Assembly: GCA_001770205.1 (NCBI GenBank)
Contig: MEQL01000031.1
Coordinates: forward strand, 1 to 64,000
DNA from: Bdellovibrionales bacterium RIFOXYD12_FULL_39_22
Lineage (GTDB): Bacteria > Bdellovibrionota > Bacteriovoracia > Bacteriovoracales > Bacteriovoracaceae
Length of the DNA: 64,000 nt
Reading direction: 5' to 3'
In this document: positions 13,747 through 22,346 of the stretch, one piece after another
Layout of the letters: every line of letters begins with the position of its first letter
How positions within the stretch are numbered: the first letter of the stretch is position 1
Program-made: the position numbers and the translations under genes
The notes under the pieces: model-generated
The model's database searches: none
What the model saw: only the letters and a program-made list of their open reading frames with translations
What the model was told of the DNA's origin: nothing

Positions 13747-15474
13747 ATGGCCCATCAGATTTTTCTAAGTTATTCATCTTTTGACCGCAAAATTGTTGAT
13801 TTGGTATGCCAGAGACTGGAGGGGGCCGGACATAAATGTTGGATGGCCCCACGAGATATAGTTCCGGGTGAGATTTACGCTAAATCACTACTTGCAGCTA
13901 TTAACTCTGCAGAACTTTTCGTGTTAATTTTTTCTGGACATTCTAACGAATCAGAGCAGGTACAAAAAGAAATTGATCGGGCAGTATTTGCTAAGCTTCC
14001 AATTCTTCCCTTTAAAATTGAAAATGTTAAACCATCAGAGGCCATGGAATACTATCTTTGTAATACACAATGGATGGATGCGTATGATGGAGGATGTGAA
14101 AAATATATTCCTAAATTAGTAGAAACTTGCCGAGCAAAACTGACAAACACCCAAAGAGAGCAAGTAAGAGAAGAGAAAGTAGTTACCCCACAAGAAGAGT
14201 TCAAACACGAATCTTCTATTGCTGAGATTAGACCGTTGCCGAGTGGTGAGCGGAAATTGCGCGTAATAGAAACGGCCAGCGAGGAGATAGTTCCTCTCCC
14301 CGACAGTAGTAATCCTCCGCAATTAAAGCTAATTGCGCCAGAGGGCCAAAAAGTTTCTGGTGAAAAACAAGAGAGAGAAAAAAAGAAAGTTGTACCATTA
14401 AAAGTCGTGGAATCTCCGGCCGCTGAGGTAACGAGGTTGCGTGATGTCGTTGTAAAAAAAGAGCGCAAGACTGTTAAGGCGAAGGCGCTCTACAGACAAA
14501 GTATCTCTTTGGCGTTTTTACTGTTAGTCATTTTTATCTATAAAGATAAGGTGCTAAATCTGTTGCTTACCTCACCGGCCACTACCGCAATTATTGATCC
14601 AACGACGATCGAACAAGTGACGACCTCTAAAGAGACAGAAGAAAATATTGATTTAAGTGGTGCGTTGATTGCTCCACTTAAAGAAAATAGAAAAGATCGA
14701 TTACAGGGGAAGTCAGAAGAAGAATTAGACAAGCTTGAATATGAAATTTTACTTAAAAATGGGATTTTAAAAGATTCACTTGCTTCTAAGTCATACTACG
14801 AGCGTCGCCAGAGAATTGTAGAAGTTTTGGCGACAAAAATAATGTCGTTTGAAGATTATAATATTTTATCAAGTATCACCTATAACAAAAATGTTTATAG
14901 GACGATGTCTCTTTTTAGAAATAATGGCCACAATAATTTTAAAAAGCATACCATTTGCATAGGCCCAGCGTTTTCAGAAGCTGACCGTTTGGCCGATAGC
15001 AATGCAACAACATTTGCCAATATTTTTTTCTGGGAAAATATTCTAGGAATTGAAAATAGACTACTGTATGAGGATCAGATCAAAACAGTAAAAACCATTA
15101 AATTTGTCTCGCAGAACTTTGATTTGGAAAAAATTTTTCAAGTTATTGATAAGTCAAATGCCACGCTACTTCTGTCGTTTAAGCAAAATATTAGCGATAA
15201 AAGACAGGTTGTGGCATCTTTTAGCTCCTTTTCGGAGGAAGTTGGTTTGGCCATATCCTCCCTAGAAGAAAAATATAAAGGGCATGCCATACTCCTTGTT
15301 GAGAAAGGGGATTTTTCAAAAGTGTCCAGTAAAATTTTGCAGATAACGTTTACAATAAACATACCGAGTGACTTATCTAGCAACTTATCATTTGATAGCT
15401 GGAATCGACATCTTGATCTCATGATTGATTACGAAGAGTTAATTCATGGACTTCTTATAGAATTTTTAAACTAA
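13747..15474 (+). CDS. TIR-domain single-pass membrane protein
   Basis: IFLSYSS..CWMAPRDIVPG..SEQVQKE75IDRA TIR domain; charged linker; TM ISLAFLLLVIFIY; unknown C-terminal domain. Confidence 0.85.
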   Translation: MAHQIFLSYSSFDRKIVDLVCQRLEGAGHKCWMAPRDIVPGEIYAKSLLAAINSAELFVLIFSGHSNESEQVQKEIDRAVFAKLPILPFKIENVKPSEAMEYYLCNTQWMDAYDGGCEKYIPKLVETCRAKLTNTQREQVREEKVVTPQEEFKHESSIAEIRPLPSGERKLRVIETASEEIVPLPDSSNPPQLKLIAPEGQKVSGEKQEREKKKVVPLKVVESPAAEVTRLRDVVVKKERKTVKAKALYRQSISLAFLLLVIFIYKDKVLNLLLTSPATTAIIDPTTIEQVTTSKETEENIDLSGALIAPLKENRKDRLQGKSEEELDKLEYEILLKNGILKDSLASKSYYERRQRIVEVLATKIMSFEDYNILSSITYNKNVYRTMSLFRNNGHNNFKKHTICIGPAFSEADRLADSNATTFANIFFWENILGIENRLLYEDQIKTVKTIKFVSQNFDLEKIFQVIDKSNATLLLSFKQNISDKRQVVASFSSFSEEVGLAISSLEEKYKGHAILLVEKGDFSKVSSKILQITFTINIPSDLSSNLSFDSWNRHLDLMIDYEELIHGLLIEFLN

Positions 15475-15536
15475 TTTCTTCACTTTATGCGCAAAGAGTA
15501 ATTATAATTTAAATTAATATTTTTGCGGGGGTATTG

Positions 15537-16211
15537 ATGGAGACGGATAAAGTTTTAAAAATGTTCTTTGAGTTGGAAAATGCCATTATAAATGGAAATT
15601 TGTCTGAGTTGTGGCAAGAAAATGATCATCTCCCGCTTTGCTGGGAAGAGTTTAAGTGCGAAAAGGCCGGGTGCCCAGCATATAATCGTCCTGGAATTAG
15701 ATGCTGGCAGGTTTCTGGAACTTTTTGTACCCATGGTATTTTAAATTCAGAGATGACAAGTAAGTGGGAAGCATGCGAAGCATGCGAGGTTTTCCGCAAA
15801 GCAACACAGGCAAAAGAAGATAGAATTAAAGAGTTGATTAATAACATCATCTTTGCTCTTCGTTGTTTTGATCCGGCCTCGCTTCGAATTATTAGAATTA
15901 AAAAGGGCCTAGAGAGAGTTGTCTCTCATTACAAGCTTACTATTAGAGAGAAAGAAGTTTTACTGCTTATTCTAGATCGTTTACCGCGAAAGGATATTTC
16001 AGATGCGTTAAAAATTTCACATGAAACAGTAAAGATGCATTTTAAGCATATCTACAAAAAACTTAATGTTCACTCGGTTAGTGCTGCACTACGAGTTTTA
16101 GATCAGTTTTGTAGCGGAGCGGAATATGTCGCTTTTTTAGATTCAAGTGAGCCATCAGAAGAAGATCTTGAAGAAGACAATCTTGAAGAAAGTGATAACA
16201 ATAAAGCTTAG
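15537..16211 (+). CDS. Two-CW Cys-rich domain + LuxR-type HTH regulator
   Basis: CWEEFKC..CPAY..CWQVSGTFC..CEAC followed by LTIREKEVL..ISDALKISHETVKMHFKHIYKKL. Confidence 0.85.
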   Translation: METDKVLKMFFELENAIINGNLSELWQENDHLPLCWEEFKCEKAGCPAYNRPGIRCWQVSGTFCTHGILNSEMTSKWEACEACEVFRKATQAKEDRIKELINNIIFALRCFDPASLRIIRIKKGLERVVSHYKLTIREKEVLLLILDRLPRKDISDALKISHETVKMHFKHIYKKLNVHSVSAALRVLDQFCSGAEYVAFLDSSEPSEEDLEEDNLEESDNNKA

Positions 16212-16241
16212 CGTCTTGCTCAAAAGCGAAGTTGTGTGTTT

Positions 16242-17231
16242 TTACCAACCTAAAATATATGCAAAGATTAATGGGGCGACTATGGTGGCATCAGATTCTA
16301 TTATATAACTTGGACTAGTTATGTCTAGCTTGCCCCAGGTTATTTTCTCGTTAGGAACTGCCCCGGAGTAAGAGCCATAACTTGTGGTTGAATCGCTGAT
16401 TTGGCAAAAATATCCCCACTTGCGAACATCCATTTGTAAATCTTGATTGATCATTGGCACAACACAAATAGGAAAATCTCCAGCTATACCACCGCCAATT
16501 TGAAAAAAGCCAATGGAGTGTTGCGGGCAAATTTCTTGATACCAAGCGGCCAGACGAACCATAGTGTTTACTCCTGATTCCATAACCGCCGAGCTCTTAA
16601 GCTTTTTGGAGATCAGTTTGCCGGCAAAAATATTCCCTAAAGTAGAATCTTCCCAGCCAGGAGTGAAAATTGGAATATTTTTTTGATAAGCTGCCAGCAT
16701 CCAAGAATTTTTAGGATCGGTTTCATAACCTTCTCTAAATTTAGGGTTATCAAAAAGTTTCCAAAAATAGTAGTGAGGGGGATGAGTTTCATTATTTTTT
16801 TCTGCCTTGTACCACTCATCGTAGATAAAATGCTCAATCTTTCGCATGGCCTCTTCTTCTGGAATACAAGTGTCGGTTACGCGATTATGTCCTTCGTCAT
16901 GCAAGGCCATTTCATCTTCTTTGGTTAGATCGCGATAATTGGGAATGCGTTTATAGTGAGTATAGGCAACAAGATTAAAAATATCTTCTTCTAAGTTTGC
17001 CCCAGTGCAAGAGATGCCAGCTATTTTATCTTGGCGAATCATTTCGGCCAAAGATTTTCCTAGTTCGGCAGTGCTCATTGCTCCGGCCAGTGTCACAAAC
17101 ATTTTACCACCGTCGGCAAGGTGTTTTTCATATCCTTTGGCCGCATCGACAAGCGCCGCAGCATTAAAATGCAAATAGTGTTCAGTTATAAATTTGGAAA
17201 TAGGACCTTTATTGGAATTTGTTTTATTCAT
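16242..17231 (-). CDS. Deoxyhypusine synthase-like protein (probable homospermidine synthase)
   Basis: SCTGANLEED, FQIGGGIAGD, GSYSGAVPNEKITWGK, DATIVAPL; lies after speA. Confidence 0.92.
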   Translation of the reverse strand: MNKTNSNKGPISKFITEHYLHFNAAALVDAAKGYEKHLADGGKMFVTLAGAMSTAELGKSLAEMIRQDKIAGISCTGANLEEDIFNLVAYTHYKRIPNYRDLTKEDEMALHDEGHNRVTDTCIPEEEAMRKIEHFIYDEWYKAEKNNETHPPHYYFWKLFDNPKFREGYETDPKNSWMLAAYQKNIPIFTPGWEDSTLGNIFAGKLISKKLKSSAVMESGVNTMVRLAAWYQEICPQHSIGFFQIGGGIAGDFPICVVPMINQDLQMDVRKWGYFCQISDSTTSYGSYSGAVPNEKITWGKLDITSPSYIIESDATIVAPLIFAYILGW

Positions 17232-17246
17232 AAATTACTCCTCTTA

Positions 17247-19187
17247 TTATTTTTTTAAATAGGTATATCCTCGTAAACACTCTTCATAGAAATCAGTTAA
17301 TTTAACGCCATCACGGGGAGATATTTTGCCTTTTTGCACTTGCTTGTCAATCTGCTTTTTAATAACTACGGCCATGTATGAGGTGTTATATTGCATGTCG
17401 GAGAGTACGCTTTCACAATTATGGCCAGAGATCATCTCTTCAATATAAAAATCAGTAGGATCTTCATCGTCAGCAAAAACATGTATTTCGTTAAGTTGAC
17501 CGAAAAGATTATGCATATCGCCGATGACATCTTGGTAGGCACCAGTTAAAAAAATGCCGACAGGATATTCTTCACCTTCTTTTAAGTTATGCAATGGCAG
17601 CGTACTAGAGTTTTCTTCAAGATTTATAAAGTGATCAATTTTGCCATCGGAGTCACAAGTTATATCTACCAGTGTGCAAAGTTGAGTAGGTCTTTCATTT
17701 AGTCGTTTTATGGGCATGATAGGGAAGAGCTGACCGATGGCCCAGTGATCTGGTACCGATTGAAAAAAAGAACCGTTACAAAGATATTGCTTGGCCAGTG
17801 TTGTTTCCATTTCACGCAACTCTTCGGGAACAAACTCAACATGTTTGACGATATCTTTGACTTTATGACAAATTTTCCAGTAGAGCGTTTCGGCAATGGC
17901 CCGTTCTTCTAAAGATAAAATTCCTAGTTTGAAGGCATTAATGATTTCATCTTTTTTTTGAATGGCATCATTATAAGTTTCTTGAAAATTATCCTCGTTT
18001 AGCTCAGTCCAGAGATCGCGAAAGTTGCGCACTAAAATATGATTGGTATCATTGCATTCAGTGGGGAATTGATTAGAGTCAGTGCTTATTTGATCGACAA
18101 TGTTCATAATCACGCAAGAATGAAGGGCCGTGATGGCCCGTCCGCTTTCGCTGACGATATTAGGATGAGGTACTTTTTCCATATCGCAGATCTGCTTTAC
18201 AATATAGACCACATCTTCGACATAGTCGTTCATGGTGTAATTGGTGGAAGAATCTTCTGTGGATCTGGAACCATCATAATCCACTCCTAATCCACCACCT
18301 ACGTCAAAATATTCCAGTGGAATTCCGAGCTTGTGAATCTTACAAAAAATACGAGCTCCTTCCGAAATAGCATCTTTGATTGTTCGAATATCGGTAATTT
18401 GGCTGCCGATATGGAAGTGAAAGAGTTTAATCCAATGCTCTTTATTAAGAGATTTTAAAAAGTTTATTCCCTTCATTAGTTCTGGGATACTTAATCCGAA
18501 TTTGGCGCGATCACCTCCAGAAGAGGCCCATTTACCTGATCCACGCGAGGATAGTTTAGCGCGAAAGCCAATGATTGGTTCGACATTGAATTCTTCAGCA
18601 ATTTTTACGGTATCGATTAGCTCAGAATATTTTTCAACCACTATAATAATTTTTCTATCCATTTTACGGCCGAGCAACGCAAGTCTCAAATAGTCTTGAT
18701 CCTTAAATCCGTTTAGCACGGTTAGAGAGCTGGTGTTATCATTTAGGGCCAATGCCGCAATTAATTCTGGCTTGGATCCTGCCTCTAATCCGTAATTATA
18801 GTCGTGGCCGGCATCTAAGATTTCTTCAACCACTTCGCGCATTTGGTTGACCTTGATAGGATAAACACCAAAGTATTGTCCTTGGTACTTTGCTTCTTTA
18901 ATAACTCGGCCAAAGGTTTCATTGAGTTTAATCACTTGACTGCGCAATAAATCTTGAAAACGAACGAGTACGGGAAGATTAATTTTATGCGATTTAATTT
19001 CATCTATAACTTCTCCCATGTCAATGCAGGGGCCATTGCTGTCTTGCTCTGGGAAGATGGCCAAATTTCCGTTATTATTTATGGAAAAATATTCTTGGCC
19101 CCACTGCTCAATATTATAGAGTCGTTTAGAATCTTCAATGGACCAAGCATCGCTATCGTTTGTTTTATTTGTGGTTCCCTCATTCAT
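17247..19187 (-). CDS. speA: Biosynthetic arginine decarboxylase
   Basis: YPIKVNQ PLP lysine, GLEAGSKPE, HFHIGSQ, DVGGGLGVDYDG, DITCDSDG, GAYQ. Confidence 0.96.
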   Translation of the reverse strand: MNEGTTNKTNDSDAWSIEDSKRLYNIEQWGQEYFSINNNGNLAIFPEQDSNGPCIDMGEVIDEIKSHKINLPVLVRFQDLLRSQVIKLNETFGRVIKEAKYQGQYFGVYPIKVNQMREVVEEILDAGHDYNYGLEAGSKPELIAALALNDNTSSLTVLNGFKDQDYLRLALLGRKMDRKIIIVVEKYSELIDTVKIAEEFNVEPIIGFRAKLSSRGSGKWASSGGDRAKFGLSIPELMKGINFLKSLNKEHWIKLFHFHIGSQITDIRTIKDAISEGARIFCKIHKLGIPLEYFDVGGGLGVDYDGSRSTEDSSTNYTMNDYVEDVVYIVKQICDMEKVPHPNIVSESGRAITALHSCVIMNIVDQISTDSNQFPTECNDTNHILVRNFRDLWTELNEDNFQETYNDAIQKKDEIINAFKLGILSLEERAIAETLYWKICHKVKDIVKHVEFVPEELREMETTLAKQYLCNGSFFQSVPDHWAIGQLFPIMPIKRLNERPTQLCTLVDITCDSDGKIDHFINLEENSSTLPLHNLKEGEEYPVGIFLTGAYQDVIGDMHNLFGQLNEIHVFADDEDPTDFYIEEMISGHNCESVLSDMQYNTSYMAVVIKKQIDKQVQKGKISPRDGVKLTDFYEECLRGYTYLKK

Positions 19188-19201
19188 CTGGCGTGTATCC
19201 T

Positions 19202-20074
19202 CTATTTTGATAAGGTTAGTAGCATTTCGCGCACAATCTTCGAGGCAATTATAGTGCTATTTCCGGTCGGATCAATTGGCGGAGAGAGTTCAACAATGTC
19301 AGCACCGACAAAGTTTTTAAAGTGCAGTATTTTAAAAAGTTGAATTAAGCAATCAAAGTTTTCGCCTCCGGCCTCTGGGGTTCCTGTTCCAGGAAAAATG
19401 GAGGGATCCAAAAAGTCTACATCGAAGGTTAGATAAATAGGGGTTGCCGCAGGAATTTTATTTATAACATCAAAGAAATTTTGCCGGCCGAAAATCAAAG
19501 TCTTATTTTTTTTCATCCAATCAAATTCATCCTTAGTTCCAGAACGAATCCCAAATTGGATAAGCTTGGCCGGATCTTTCGCCAAATCCATGTAGCGGCG
19601 TAAAACGGCAGCATGAGAATATTTAAAATCCATATAACCATCACGTAAGTCAGCATGGGCATCAAGATGAATGACAAGTAATTCGGGAAATCTCTGCAAA
19701 TAGGCAGATAGTGGTGCAATGGAGATAGAGTGCTCCCCCCCTAGTGTTAGCAGCTTGGTGTTTTTGTCCAAATTACGGGCCGAAAACAGAGAGAGATAGG
19801 TTGCAATTAGTTTTTCAATACACTTATCGGGGTGAATCCCCTGATCAATCTCTACATTTCCTAGATCATATAGCTCAAAATCCAAAAGATCTTTATCTTG
19901 ATATGCCGAATACGTCTCAACTTGACAGGACGCCTGGCGGATTGCATCTGGCCCTGCAATGGTTCCCTTGCGAAAAGATGCCGTTTTATCGTAGCCCACA
20001 CCAATAATATTGGTTTTTCCGGACACTAAGTGTTCCGAAAAGGCCGTCGAGTCAAAAATTAACTTTTCAGTCAT
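19202..20074 (-). CDS. speB: Agmatinase
   Basis: LGGEHS, DAHAD, DVDFLDP..PGTGTPEAGG ureohydrolase motifs; adjacent to speA. Confidence 0.93.
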   Translation of the reverse strand: MTEKLIFDSTAFSEHLVSGKTNIIGVGYDKTASFRKGTIAGPDAIRQASCQVETYSAYQDKDLLDFELYDLGNVEIDQGIHPDKCIEKLIATYLSLFSARNLDKNTKLLTLGGEHSISIAPLSAYLQRFPELLVIHLDAHADLRDGYMDFKYSHAAVLRRYMDLAKDPAKLIQFGIRSGTKDEFDWMKKNKTLIFGRQNFFDVINKIPAATPIYLTFDVDFLDPSIFPGTGTPEAGGENFDCLIQLFKILHFKNFVGADIVELSPPIDPTGNSTIIASKIVREMLLTLSK

Positions 20075-20300
20075 AGAAATGCTTCCAGATGAAGTGTTGT
20101 TTTTAAAGGAGCACCTTCAGTAAAACGTTAATGTGCAGTTTATGTTTCGGGAGCTATACAATATTAATTTCAACTTTTCCAATAATAATCTTACATTCTC
20201 TAATAAAATATTTTTTCAAGTGTTAGTTTTTGTTAGTTGTCTCTTTAAGTGTTCATAGAAGATAATCGTCGGCGAATAATTCTCCAGGGAGGGGAAGCGT

Positions 20301-21203
20301 ATGAACAAATCATTTTTTCTTGTTACTTTTGCCGTGATGATTATTAGTTTTTCTGCCGTGGCCCGTGGTAATTCTAGTTTTCGGCCTGATGCGATTTATG
20401 GTCGAGATGATCGTAGAGATGTTTACCAAGTCGACAATCGGTCCTTTATTACCCTGGCGCGCTCAACCGCTGCTCAAATTCTAGAGGGGGATATGGATTT
20501 TAATCCAGCGACAAATAGTTACAATGTTTTTTCGGGAACCTTACAAGCAAGTATGAATCTTTGTTCGAATGCACAGTTTGCCAAGCAATCGGCCGCTGCC
20601 AACTGTTCTGGTTTTTTAGTCGCTCCAGATTTACTAGTAACTGCTGGACACTGCGTTCAAAATATGCATGAATGCAACGGAGGATATTGGGTTTTTGATT
20701 ATAAGTTGGAGAATCCGGCGGCATTGCGAATTAGCAACATTGCTGCCAGGCAGGTTTATCGCTGCGTAGAAATTATTGAACAAACGTTAGATGACGAGGC
20801 CATGAACGATTACGCGCTTATTCGACTGGATCGGGTGGTAACAGATAGAACTCCCCTAAAAATTCGTCAAAATGGCCAGATCAGTTCTGGAACATCGGTA
20901 GTGGTAGTAGGCCATCCCTCTGGGTTGCCTACTAAGATTTCTGCCGGGGCGGTCGTTATTGATAATGGCCCTAAAAATTATTTTGTAACGAACCTCGATA
21001 CTTTTGCGGGAAATTCTGGCTCAGCAGTTTTTAATGCTGAAACCAACGAAATAGAAGGGATTTTGGTGCGCGGAGAAGAGGATTATGTTCCATCACCCAT
21101 GGGGGATTGTATGATTCCTAGACTTTGTAGAGAATCGGGGGATGGTTGTTTAGGAGAACATGTTACTCGAATTACCAATATTGCGTATTTAAAAGGTTAC
21201 TAG
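20301..21203 (+). CDS. Secreted trypsin-like (S1) serine protease
   Basis: Signal peptide; TAGHC, DYAL, GNSGS catalytic triad motifs. Confidence 0.92.
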   Translation: MNKSFFLVTFAVMIISFSAVARGNSSFRPDAIYGRDDRRDVYQVDNRSFITLARSTAAQILEGDMDFNPATNSYNVFSGTLQASMNLCSNAQFAKQSAAANCSGFLVAPDLLVTAGHCVQNMHECNGGYWVFDYKLENPAALRISNIAARQVYRCVEIIEQTLDDEAMNDYALIRLDRVVTDRTPLKIRQNGQISSGTSVVVVGHPSGLPTKISAGAVVIDNGPKNYFVTNLDTFAGNSGSAVFNAETNEIEGILVRGEEDYVPSPMGDCMIPRLCRESGDGCLGEHVTRITNIAYLKGY

Positions 21204-21211
21204 TTCTTCGA

Positions 21212-22297
21212 ATGTCAGCGAATCGTTTTTGGGCCGCGGCCATATTATCCGCGCTGCTTTTTGGTGCTTCTACTCCCATAAGTAAATATTTTTTAATAAA
21301 TACACATCCATTTGCGTTGGCCGGATTTTATTATTTGGGAGCGGCCCTGTTTTTGCTGCCACTTTCCTTTGGTGAGTTTCGGCGCGAATTTTTGTTTATT
21401 AGAAAAAATCGCCAAGATTTTCTCAAGCTTTCAGGGGCCATTTTTTTTGGTGGGATGGCCGGCCCTGTAGTGCTTTTTATTGGTCTGAGAATTAGTCCGG
21501 CCTCTTCAGCTGCCTTGCTTTTAAATTTTGAAGGCCTTTGGACCTTTGTTTTGGGATGGTTATTTTTCAAAGAACATATTAATCGAAAAATTATTTTTTC
21601 TATGCTGGCGGTCTTATTGGGAGGATCTTTATTGGTAATAGAGAAAGATATGAGCTTTAACTTTGGGGGGATTTTAATTGTTTTTGCCTGTCTATTTTGG
21701 GGATTAGATAACAATTTAACAGCTACCATCGAAGGAGTCTCTGCCACCACCAACACCATTTTAAAAAGTTTTTTTGCTGGTATTTTAAATCTGGCGATTT
21801 ATTACTTCTTTATTGCTAAAAACCAGGTGTCGGTGGCCAAAGGAGTTGAGCTTTTTTATATTTTATTGGTTGGCGGCCTTTCTTACGGACTTAGTATTGT
21901 TTTATATATTCGTGCATCTAAATTTTTAGGGGCCATTCGTTCGCAGATGATATTTGCTTTAAATCCATTTTGGGGGGCAATTCTTTCTTTTTTAGTCTTA
22001 CAGGAAAAGTTGAGTCTTAATTTTGTCATATCCTCACTGTTTATGGCCTTGGCGTTAGGTCTGCTGTTTTTTGAGCGACATATTCACGAGCATGGCCATC
22101 ATGAAGAGGAGCATGAGCATCTACATTCACATGATGATGGCCATCATCATCATGAACATATTGATGAAAAGGGTGATAAATTAGTGGATAAAACTACTCA
22201 TATTCATCGACACAACCATGCAGCATTAATGCACTCGCATCCGCATTTTCCGGATATTCATCATCGCCATGGCCATGGCGGTGGGCGTGGAGCATAA
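21212..22297 (+). CDS. EamA/DMT family transporter with His-rich C-terminal tail
   Basis: ~10 hydrophobic helices, FWGLDNNLT, tail HEHGHHEEEHEHLHSHDDGHHHHEH..HPHFPDIHHRHGH; ORF track start 21146 overlaps the upstream gene. Confidence 0.9.
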   Translation: MSANRFWAAAILSALLFGASTPISKYFLINTHPFALAGFYYLGAALFLLPLSFGEFRREFLFIRKNRQDFLKLSGAIFFGGMAGPVVLFIGLRISPASSAALLLNFEGLWTFVLGWLFFKEHINRKIIFSMLAVLLGGSLLVIEKDMSFNFGGILIVFACLFWGLDNNLTATIEGVSATTNTILKSFFAGILNLAIYYFFIAKNQVSVAKGVELFYILLVGGLSYGLSIVLYIRASKFLGAIRSQMIFALNPFWGAILSFLVLQEKLSLNFVISSLFMALALGLLFFERHIHEHGHHEEEHEHLHSHDDGHHHHEHIDEKGDKLVDKTTHIHRHNHAALMHSHPHFPDIHHRHGHGGGRGA

Positions 22298-22346
22298 TTC
22301 CATCTTCTAATTATTGTGACAATGGATTATTCTCTTAATCAACGCT

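Noticed and set aside
11749..15474. Calling the cyclase-TIR pair Pycsar, CBASS or Thoeris
   Set aside because: TIR lacks a cNMP-binding domain; no CD-NTase; no SIR2 or Macro effector
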